Shown here: one piece after another, positions 8,240-15,266 of the stretch
How the letters are laid out: each line of letters opens with the position of its first letter
Numbering within the stretch: position 1 is the stretch's first letter
NCBI GenBank assembly: GCA_051382305.1
Contig: JBBCAV010000329.1
Coordinates: forward strand, 1 to 15,266
Source of the DNA: Bdellovibrionota bacterium FG-2
Lineage (GTDB): Bacteria > Bdellovibrionota > UBA1018
DNA length: 15,266 bases
Direction of reading: 5' to 3'
Notes under the pieces: generated by a model
The model's input: the letters and a program-made list of their open reading frames with translations, nothing else
What the model was told of the DNA's origin: nothing
Database searches by the model: none
Made by a program: the position numbers and the translations under genes

Positions 8240-9076
8240 CTACTGGCAGTCTTGAATAATCATATAATCATACATAACGGTCACGTCCCCAGACGCTAAA
8301 CCCATCATCGTGGCAGTCGCGTTAGTTCCGTTCGTATAAATGTGAGAATACGATGATCCTGTCGCTTGCGTAACTGTTGCAGTGATTTGAGTCGGAGTCA
8401 CATCAAGTCGTATCACGTCACCGGCAGTTGGAGTGACACCAGCGAACGTGCTTCTTCCATCTTCCATATGGAGCACTGAGGGCGCAGAGACATCGACCAA
8501 TTTATATCCGGTCGCCTGATCAGCAGTATTTCCCAGCTCAGGCATAGTCAATCCTTTGCCTGTGTCCGCAAAGAAAAATAGCTGGCTCTCCCAACTCACA
8601 GCACGAACAACAAACCCCGCAAGGGCAGTAGCCGCAGGCAACGAGGAAAGCTTCGATATTAGAGTACATGTCGTAAAGCCCGTATCAATGAAGAGCCCCC
8701 CAGAGATTCCCGGCACTGGCGCCATTACATGCGCTTGATTCGATGTAATCCCCCAGACGGAGGCCGAAGGGCTCATGACGTAAGGTTTCGCAATCCCCCC
8801 AAGCCCAAAATCTGTGAGGGCAGGCGATGGAAGTGTCGAAGGCGAAGCTCCAGGGTTCCTATCAAAAGTGTCTGAGGTAAAAATCACGGGAGTCGGTGAA
8901 ACCTCAGGGCTCGCCGCTACTTCAGGCGATACCGAAGGACTTGGTGAAGCGGCGACGTCGGCGGCAGGGTCAGCTTTCTTGCTGCAGCCGCCAATCACGC
9001 CTATTGCAATCGTATAAGCAACCATCACACTAACGGACACTACGCCCAACCGAATCAACCCTTTTTTATTCTTCAT
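8240..9076 (-). CDS. Lipoprotein with Pro/Ser-rich stalk and beta-rich C-terminal domain
   Basis: Basic N-terminus, hydrophobic stretch, lipobox-like IGG-C31; linker VAASPSPSVSP/EVAASPEVSPTP; Thr/Gly-rich beta-type domain with two Cys (TTCTL, QDCQ). Confidence 0.8.
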   Translation of the reverse strand: MKNKKGLIRLGVVSVSVMVAYTIAIGVIGGCSKKADPAADVAASPSPSVSPEVAASPEVSPTPVIFTSDTFDRNPGASPSTLPSPALTDFGLGGIAKPYVMSPSASVWGITSNQAHVMAPVPGISGGLFIDTGFTTCTLISKLSSLPAATALAGFVVRAVSWESQLFFFADTGKGLTMPELGNTADQATGYKLVDVSAPSVLHMEDGRSTFAGVTPTAGDVIRLDVTPTQITATVTQATGSSYSHIYTNGTNATATMMGLASGDVTVMYDYMIIQDCQ

Positions 9077-9082
9077 AACAGA

Positions 9083-9110
9083 ATTCTACTGACACCTAAG
9101 AAGTTGTAAA
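9083..9110 (-). promoter_or_regulatory. sigma70 promoter of the lipoprotein gene (leaderless configuration)
   Basis: TTTACA, 16 bp, TAGAAT, 6 nt, ATG; no SD. Confidence 0.55.
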
Positions 9111-9141
9111 GCCCCAATTGTTTGGTAATTAGCCCTCCACG

Positions 9142-9162
9142 TGTAAACATGGTGGACACCCC
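9142..9162 (+). promoter_or_regulatory. Candidate enhancer (bEBP) site
   Basis: TGTAAACATGGTGGACACCCC. The 10-mer TGGACACCCC also occurs, in the same orientation relative to its promoter, at 14566-14575. Confidence 0.45.
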
Positions 9163-9241
9163 AGACTCGTCGCATACCCACCTTAGCGATGTAACAGTGC
9201 GTTTTGTAACAGCTTTTACTTAGACTCATCCTGCCGTGACT

Positions 9242-9257
9242 TGGCCCCCCTCTTGCT
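9242..9257 (+). promoter_or_regulatory. sigma54 promoter of the small secreted protein gene
   Basis: TGGCCC-CCCTC-TTGCT (GG-N10-GC), 26 nt upstream of ATG 9284 and its SD AAGAGGAGG. Confidence 0.65.
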
Positions 9258-9283
9258 CTTATACCGAGTAAGAGGAGGTCCCA

Positions 9284-9547
9284 ATGAGAGTTCAAAGTCA
9301 GATCTTATCCGCACTCGTTTTGTTCACCGGGCTCTACGCCCTTGCAGGATATGTCGAAACGCAGGCAGACACCTCCACCCATCGCTCATTGGTAACCCGC
9401 GCCCAAAGAATTTTTGATTTCGACAATCTCAACCAAAACAAGCTTCCCCGCTCACACGTCATTGCACTTTCCATTGCACTGGAATTCAAAGACGACCGCG
9501 GCGCAGAACCCTTGCTTCGACAACTCGAACAGCGAATGGGAAACTAA
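9284..9547 (+). CDS. Small secreted or membrane-anchored hypothetical protein, 87 aa
   Basis: Strong SD AGAGGAGG; hydrophobic N-terminus ILSALVLFTGLYALAG; stop overlaps the dps stop (CTAA 9544-9547). Confidence 0.7.
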   Translation: MRVQSQILSALVLFTGLYALAGYVETQADTSTHRSLVTRAQRIFDFDNLNQNKLPRSHVIALSIALEFKDDRGAEPLLRQLEQRMGN

Positions 9548-10062
9548 CGTTTCACTTCACTCAAAACGTGTTTTCGCACAGGTTCCTTTATCGGCAAATT
9601 TGACTCCACTAACCAAAGATACTTATCCATCGATCGAGTAGCTGACACAATAATATCTTCTGTGACTCTGTCTTCATAATCTTCGCAAACCAGAATGCAC
9701 TCGCGACACGACTTTGCAAACGCGGCAATCGCACTGGAGAGCGCATTAAGATGATCCGCACACTCAACAATGTCCCTCGGATACTCTTCAATTTGTGACC
9801 GTTCCGAAACGATCCATGCCGTCCCTTCGGCATGTCCCCCGAGTTGCGCGATGCGCTCTGCAATCGTATCAACATGCTCAGAAATTCCTTTCGTGACTTC
9901 ATCAAATAGTTTGTGAAGCTGAAAAAATCCCCGGCCCCGTAAGTTCCAGTGCGCTTGTTTAGTCTGAAGCATCAACTCAATTCCGTCGGCAAGCCGATCG
10001 TTAAGCATCTGCACAGTTTTGGAACGGACGGATTCAGTAATATCAATTCGAGTCGCCAGCAT
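9544..10062 (-). CDS. dps: DNA starvation/stationary-phase protection protein Dps, 172 aa
   Basis: KQAHWNLRGRGFFQLHKLFDE and VDTIAERIAQLGG ferroxidase motifs, DKYLWLVES. Start reassigned to ATG 10062 (SD AGAAGGA). Confidence 0.93.
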   Translation of the reverse strand: MLATRIDITESVRSKTVQMLNDRLADGIELMLQTKQAHWNLRGRGFFQLHKLFDEVTKGISEHVDTIAERIAQLGGHAEGTAWIVSERSQIEEYPRDIVECADHLNALSSAIAAFAKSCRECILVCEDYEDRVTEDIIVSATRSMDKYLWLVESNLPIKEPVRKHVLSEVKR

Positions 10063-10094
10063 AAATGGGATCCTTCTTTCTGGCGTCTTGTGTG

Positions 10095-10110
10095 TGCAAG
10101 ATTTGTGGCA
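10095..10110 (-). promoter_or_regulatory. Degenerate sigma54 promoter upstream of dps
   Basis: TGCCAC-AAATC-TTGCA matches TGGCAC-N5-TTGCA except the invariant -24 GG reads GC; correctly placed ahead of the dps SD. Confidence 0.4.
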
Positions 10111-10127
10111 GGGACACCGCACCATCT

Positions 10128-11510
10128 TCAAACGAAATATTCTCGCTTTTGAATCTCGTGCTGCTGAATCTTTTTGTGCAGATAGGTCCTTTCGATCTGC
10201 AGCATTTCAGAGGCTTTTGAAATGTTTCCGTCAGTTATTTTCAGAACCGATACCAAATAGTCTCGCTCACTGCGATCCTTGAAGTCTTTGAGAGATAAAC
10301 CCGCGTAGTCATTTGCAGCGGGCACAGCGTTATCAAAAAGATAGGCCGGCAGATCTGCTTTCCCAATTTGATCTCCACTCATAATCACAATTCGCTCAAC
10401 GAGATTCTGAAGCTCGCGAACGTTTCCAGGCCATGAGTACTTGCGGAGTTCCGAAAGTACGTCTTCGCCAATAACTTTTTCTTTGAAACCATTCTGAGTG
10501 CATGCCCTTTGGGCAAACCAAACCACAAGCAGCGGAATATCCTCTGGCCGCTCACGAAGCGGGACCGAATGTAGGGGAACCACACTAATTCGATAATACA
10601 AATCCTCGCGAAACCGCCCGGCCTCTACCTCCGCCTTGAGATCTTTGTTCGTTGCAGCCACTATTCGTATGTTGACAGAAATCACGCGCTCCGAACCCAA
10701 CTTTTGGATCTCGGCACTTTGAATCGCCCTTAATACCTTGGCTTGAGCACCCAGCGACATGTCGCCAATCTCATCAAGAAATAAGGTCCCATGATTTGCC
10801 TGTTCAAAAAAACCACGTTTTGCAAAAGCCGCACCCGTAAAAGCCCCTTTTTCAAAACCAAAAAGCTCGCTCTCAATTAGGGTTTCGGGGATGGCCGAGC
10901 AATTCACCTTAATGAAAGGCTTATTTTTTCGCTCACTTTGTTCGTGAATTAGTTTGGCGAGCAGCTCTTTGCCCGTACCGCTCTCGCCCTCAAGGAGAAC
11001 CGTCGCATTTGATTTAGCGACTTTAGTGACTTCTTGCAAAAGTCTCTCTGTTGCTTTGGATTGACATACAAAATGTGTTCGGCCCGCGTTCGCGTCCTGC
11101 GCCTGAAGCACTTCAACCTTGCGTTTCAAATCTTGATGCTCCAGGCACCGCTGCACAGTGATGCAGAGTTTTTCACTGGTAAAGGGTTTTTCGAGAAAAT
11201 CAAAAGCTCGCAGCTTCACCGCTTGAATGGCTTCGGTGACAGAAGCGTTACCAGAGATAAAGATCACGGGTGTCGGTATCCCATTCTCCACCATCCTCTG
11301 AAAAAGCTCCAACCCAGCAACTCCATCCATTTTGATATCGAGAATGGCTAGGTCATAATCTTGCGTGGCAATCTGCTGATAGGCCGTAACCGGCGATTCG
11401 TAAGGATGAACACGGTAGCCGTCATTTTGTAAGGAGAGCTGCACCTCCCGGCGAATATTGGCTTCGTCATCTACAACAATGATTTTAATGGCGTCCTTAT
11501 TAATCTCCAT
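10128..11510 (-). CDS. sigma54-dependent response regulator (REC-AAA+-HTH; NtrX/NtrC family)
   Basis: IIVVDDE, ILDIKMDG, ISGNA, FDFLEKP; Walker A GESGTGKE; intact GAFTGA; LFLDEIGDM; FREDLYYR; WPGNVRELQN; Fis-type HTH GNISKASEMLQIERTYLHKKI. Confidence 0.96.
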   Translation of the reverse strand: MEINKDAIKIIVVDDEANIRREVQLSLQNDGYRVHPYESPVTAYQQIATQDYDLAILDIKMDGVAGLELFQRMVENGIPTPVIFISGNASVTEAIQAVKLRAFDFLEKPFTSEKLCITVQRCLEHQDLKRKVEVLQAQDANAGRTHFVCQSKATERLLQEVTKVAKSNATVLLEGESGTGKELLAKLIHEQSERKNKPFIKVNCSAIPETLIESELFGFEKGAFTGAAFAKRGFFEQANHGTLFLDEIGDMSLGAQAKVLRAIQSAEIQKLGSERVISVNIRIVAATNKDLKAEVEAGRFREDLYYRISVVPLHSVPLRERPEDIPLLVVWFAQRACTQNGFKEKVIGEDVLSELRKYSWPGNVRELQNLVERIVIMSGDQIGKADLPAYLFDNAVPAANDYAGLSLKDFKDRSERDYLVSVLKITDGNISKASEMLQIERTYLHKKIQQHEIQKREYFV

Positions 11511-11513
11511 AAA

Positions 11514-12650
11514 CTAGATGCCTCCCGCAGTTTGATCGACTCTCGGGAGTTCAATGACGAATCCTGCACCCTCTCCACGATCCCAGCACGCAATCCGCCC
11601 GCCATGATCCATAACAATCTTCTTCACCACCGACAGGCCCAAGCCCATATGGTCATGATCGGATTTAGTAGAAAAGTAGGGCTGAAAAATCTTCTCACGA
11701 AGCGCCACAGGAATCACGCGTCCGGAATTTGTAACTTCAATTTGAATCCCGCTTTGGGATTCAGCGAGCCTAAACCGGATTTCGATTGGAACTTCTGCAT
11801 TAGCCTCTGTTGCATTATTGATCAGGTTCATAAAGACTTGGCGAAAAAGCCCGCAATCAAGCGCGACTATTGCGGGCTCCAACAGTGATGATCCATCAAA
11901 AGTGATCGTGACATTGGGCCATGAAGATCCATAGGCATCGAGATATGATGTGATGAAAGGCTGAAGGGCAATATTCTCAAACTGCGGTGCGGGAAGCTTA
12001 GAGAAACTCGAAAAGTTATGAACCATTTTTCGGAGATGACTGATCTCCTCAGAAACAATTTTGTGGGTCTCTTTGAGTTGCTCACCGAAGGCGCCGGCCT
12101 CTTTCGTAGCGTGAGACTTTACAAGATCAGAAACCAAAATTTCAATCGGCGTCAAAGGCCCCTTGATCTCATGCGCAAGTTTTCGGGCTACCTGTTGCTA
12201 TTGCGAAATCTCCTCTAAGTATTTCACCCGGTCTTTTTGCTCGAACAATTGTTTAAGCGTAAGCGTAAAAGTTCGCGAGACACTCCGATTAAGGAAAAAT
12301 GCGCTAAGCACGGCCGCCAGAAAGACGAGCGAGATTCCGCCCGCAAAGTAGGTGAACAGCGTACTATTCAGTGCGGCTTTGACGGCCGAGTTATCTGAGT
12401 AAACCGCCTGTAGGCTTCTACTTTCCTCGAATTCCCGCCGATAGTCGTTTTGTCTTTCGGGCTTCAGAACCCTCAGTTCCTTGAGATGTTCTTGATGGCG
12501 ATCAAGAAACTGAGAGATACTCGGATTGAAACCAAGATTGAGGGACCGACCGACGACATCACGCACGAGGATGTAGGCGGTTGCCATCGGCAGAACCGCG
12601 AGGATCAAAATTCCAATATAAAGTTTAAATCTGACTTTATTCTTAATCAT
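11514..12650 (-). pseudogene. NtrY-like membrane sensor histidine kinase (378 codons) with in-frame TAG at 12198-12200
   Basis: Track ORFs 12198..12650 and 11514..12155 share a frame: LEEISQ*QQVARKLAHEIKGPLTPIE (H-box). Two TM segments upstream; N box NLINNA, F box IFQPYFSTK, G2 box GLGLSVVKKI. Confidence 0.9.
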
Positions 12651-13324
12651 GCAATGCTGTAATCCTAAACTCTTTAGAGCGAACCGTGGTCTTCCATTTT
12701 GTACTCGAAAGTCCCTCGCTAAGATACTCTGAAAAAAGAGCGCCCATAATCCGATTAGAACTCATGCTGCCTATTTGGCCTTGTCCCGGGTTGGGCGCCC
12801 CTGAGCCGTTCCCTTGGGCCGGACTAATTCCGGTGTTTACATTATTTTCTGAAACCCACTTTCGAATGACCTCTGCGCGGTCTTTTTGAATAGGATCCAA
12901 GAGGACCGTAACTTCAAGCGAGTAGGATGTCGCCGGATTAAGCACCGAGATTTTTTCAATCGGAAATAGCTTGATCGACTCCAGCCACGCAAGAACCTCA
13001 TCGGAAGATCTAAAGACGCGACTCTCTTTTCCCGAAGCGCCAGAAGAAAGCGAGGATAGAAATACCTCATCCCAGAGGTCATAGAAAACCCCAAAAATAT
13101 ATTCCTTTGAAAACGCCGCCTGCTTTCCATGGGTAAGTTTGAGCTGGAACACGACGGTTGTAGTAAAGCCGCTTTTTAAGCCCTTTTGAAGCTCGGCCTT
13201 TGGAATTTCAATTCTAGATAAAAGTACACCCAGAGAGTCGCCACCACGAAATGGAGTAAGAGTTCCAGCGGAGGCAAACCACGCTCGAATACAAAAAAAC
13301 AACCAGGACGATGAGCGGTCTCAT
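12643..13324 (-). pseudogene. DUF4390-like periplasmic protein, probably frameshifted in its signal peptide
   Basis: Body (LQKGLKSGFTTTVVF...FYDLWDEVF...YSLEVTVLLDP...IRKW) resembles DUF4390 proteins found before NtrY/NtrX-like pairs. ATG 13324 overlaps the upstream TGA (ATGA) and reads MRPLIVLVVFLYSSV but is one base out of frame with FASAGTL. T7 run at 13293-13299. Confidence 0.6.
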
Positions 13325-14438
13325 CGTTGCCCCTGCCAAGAAGCGATTTCGTGCGCATAAAGCAAAAACAATTTGACCGTTCCAATGACAGGAACATCAA
13401 GAGTGAGACCCGTCCTTGCTCCAGGCGCAATGACTGAATAAAAACCTTGAACGCTGCCATAACCCAGACCGAAAGCTTTAAATCCGAGATCAAAATTAAG
13501 TCTCGCATTTTGGGTCGCATCAGAATCATGATGCCGTTTTAGATCGTAACCATAACCCAGAGAAAATGGAAGTGTATCTATATTCGTATATCGAGCCAAT
13601 CTGAAGATCCCATCCCCAATCGGATTCCAGCTTCCGAGGTTTAGGTTTAGGGTCGAAGTTTCAGTCAGGGACCAATATTTGCGGTAACTTACATCAGAAG
13701 AAAAATAGTCCATATCGGGGAAATTGAAACCTACCCCGGCCTGGAAAGTCGAACCCTGAGTTGAAAAATTCGCATCATCAACCGAGTTCCATCCGTAGGT
13801 TAGTGAAACTCCGTTTTTCCCAAAAAAATCGTTAAGATCTCTTCCGTCAAAATCGATATATTTGGTATGCAGGAAGCGTTGATATCGCAGGGACAAGTAG
13901 GAAAAGCTCCCCACTCTGAAGCCAAGATCCCCAGAGGCGCCCAAAGACCGCCAAACGTACTATCGTTTCTTGCTGTCCAGGCACCCTGAAAGATTTTGCC
14001 ATTTCCGAAAAGGTTTCGATTGCCGATAGTTCCGCTAAAAACTTTAGCTGAACCGTAGGTATCATAGATAGCACCTGCAGTCAGTTCAGAATAATACGGT
14101 GCCCCCTCGACGACCCCAATATCGACAATCACTTGACCGCGCGTGCCGCCTTTTTTGAGCGTTATATTGATTTCTTTAAACAAACCCATCAGATTAAGAC
14201 GGATCCTGGCATTCTCGATTTCTTTTTCGTTGAGTTTTTCACCGGGTATCAAGCGGAGTTCCTTTTTTAGGAGTTCGCAATTCGTAGATTCATTGCCCGA
14301 GCAGGTGATTGCCTCGACCACGAGTTGATCCGGTGTCAGTACTTCCGGAGACGCCCATACTGCGCTGGCGATGGTCGAAAATACCATTAAAAATAAGCCA
14401 GCAAACAGCGCGATGGATCTCATACGGTTTTCTCTCAC
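13321..14438 (-). pseudogene. Short Omp85/BamA-TamA-family protein with one POTRA domain (~372 aa), split by a 1-nt frameshift near 13945-13958
   Basis: SD AGAGGAG plus GTG 14438 (or ATG 14423); signal peptide; POTRA (ITCSGNEST...LIPGEKL...LNLMGLFKEINI); barrel start GNRNLFGNGK. Second frame continues with YGWNSVDDANFSTQG (DTRD..PTxG-like). One added base (e.g. GGT[T]CT) joins them as STFGGSLGASGDLG. Confidence 0.75.
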
Positions 14439-14481
14439 AAAAACTCCTCTCATCAAATGTGTAATTTCTGAGAACCCTTAG

Positions 14482-14497
14482 AGCAAGCATGGGGCCA
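14482..14497 (-). promoter_or_regulatory. sigma54 promoter of the Omp85-DUF4390-kinase-activator operon
   Basis: Minus strand TGGCCC-CATGC-TTGCT (GG-N10-GC), about 45 nt upstream of the start. Confidence 0.7.
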
Positions 14498-14565
14498 GCG
14501 GCGGAGCGATCGCAATATTCGCAAGTGCATGTAAATACTCATGAGAACTTTTCCCTGGAAAACAG

Positions 14566-14608
14566 GGGGTGTCCATTATTGTAGACAGTTGTTGAGGTAT
14601 TTTGGACA
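14566..14608. promoter_or_regulatory. Tandem enhancer sites (TGTC-N10-GACA type)
   Basis: TGTCCATTATTGTAGACA (14570-14587) and a half-degenerate GTTGAGGTATTTTGGACA (14591-14608), 21 bp apart, 74-112 bp upstream of the -24 element. Confidence 0.55.
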
Positions 14609-14645
14609 TCTCTGAACTTTGAACAAGATAGAATAGATTGAAGCG

Positions 14646-15139
14646 ATGTCTAGGACTTCATTCTCGCTTTCACTCTTTATTCACCTCCTTATGCTAGGGA
14701 GCCTATTTTGCTACACTTCTTTGAAACCGAAAGATTCACAAAGATCCGTTGAGACCTTTATTGTTGAGACAGGCACGGCAGATCACACAGGCCCACACAA
14801 CCAGAAAACTCAAAAAGTGACTCATGCCCGCGCGAGTCGTCGCACACATATTGCAAAAAAATCAATCCGATTTGGGGATGGCGATTTCAAAAAGATCGAG
14901 AAGCCTGGACGCGGCGGTGAAGCCCGCCAGGACGGCTATGACATCGCTCGATCCTTAAAATGGTCAGAAGAAAATAGATCCTACCCCTTCTTTCAAGCGC
15001 TTTGGAAAAGAATCGACTCCAGCACCAACTATCCTATCGACCTCGCAAAGAGGAGGATCACGGGTTCAGTCGAAGTCCAATTTACAGTGAACCGACAGGG
15101 TGAGTTTACAAGAGAGTTTCTATCCGCCGAATCGGACAG
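14646..15139 (+). pseudogene. TonB-family energy transducer truncated by IS insertion
   Basis: N-terminal TM with SLFIH (S..H motif), charged linker, TonB_C start LWKRIDSSTNYPIDLAKRRITGSVEVQFTVNRQGE. Similarity stops after SAESDS; the last ~36 track residues are IS read-through. Confidence 0.8.
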
Positions 15140-15266
15140 CCTACATTCCGCAGTTGAAAAGTGTAAAGCGACTCCCGCTTTCCGACCAGACTATGCGCCG
15201 CGCAAGTATTGTTCTGGCGGCACTCCGAGGAGCGTGATGATCTGTGCCTGAATCGGCGTCAGGGGA
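15140..15266 (-). mobile_element. Right end of an IS1634-family (IS4-like) insertion sequence
   Basis: Terminus CCTACATTCCGCAG (minus strand CTGCGGAATGTAGG) resembles IS1634-type ends as I recall them, and lies about 50 bp after the transposase stop. Exact boundary uncertain by about 1 bp. Confidence 0.7.
15191..15265 (-). CDS. C-terminal 24 aa of an IS1634-family transposase (partial)
   Basis: PLTPIQAQIITLLGVPPEQYLRGA* matches the LTPxQxxILxLLGvp..Y tail typical of IS1634/IS4-type transposases. Confidence 0.7.
   Translation of the reverse strand, partial: PLTPIQAQIITLLGVPPEQYLRGA

Noticed and set aside
10063-10131. Cys/His-rich N-terminal extension of Dps (MKMVRCPCHKSCTHK), possible metal-binding tail
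   Set aside because: Starts at a TTG overlapping the upstream stop, spans the promoter-like motif, and a good SD precedes ATG 10062. Not fully excluded but unlikely.
12150-12200. Pyrrolysine or TMV-like CAA-UAG-CAA programmed readthrough
   Set aside because: The position is a conserved Trp, no pyl genes are in view, and the CAR-YYA readthrough context is a eukaryotic signal only partly matched (CAA CAG).

Overview
Bacterial chromosomal window, loosely Bdellovibrionota/deltaproteobacteria-like (inferred from gene content and the many sigma54 promoters; low confidence). Left part: 3' end of an outer-membrane beta-barrel gene, tRNA-Leu(CAG), a 59-aa basic ORF, a kinase-less REC-Hpt plus OmpR-family regulator pair, and a sigma54-driven outer-membrane protein gene broken by an in-frame TGA. 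Middle: intact fadB-fadA beta-oxidation operon with terminator, a divergent secreted TraB/ChaN-like protein, a ~210-nt self-complementary element (13-bp terminal inverted repeat, sigma54 promoter, 37-aa ORF with a sequestered 13-nt Shine-Dalgarno; type I toxin-antitoxin/sRNA-like), a lipoprotein and a small secreted protein. Right: a sigma54-driven operon (short Omp85/POTRA protein, DUF4390-like protein, NtrY-like kinase, NtrX-like sigma54 activator) followed by dps, with a divergent tonB-like gene. This locus shares a candidate enhancer box with the small secreted protein gene and appears to be decaying: two frameshifts, an amber codon at a conserved Trp, a broken -24 element and an IS1634-family insertion in tonB at the window end. 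All family calls are from motif recognition by eye; no database search was run.
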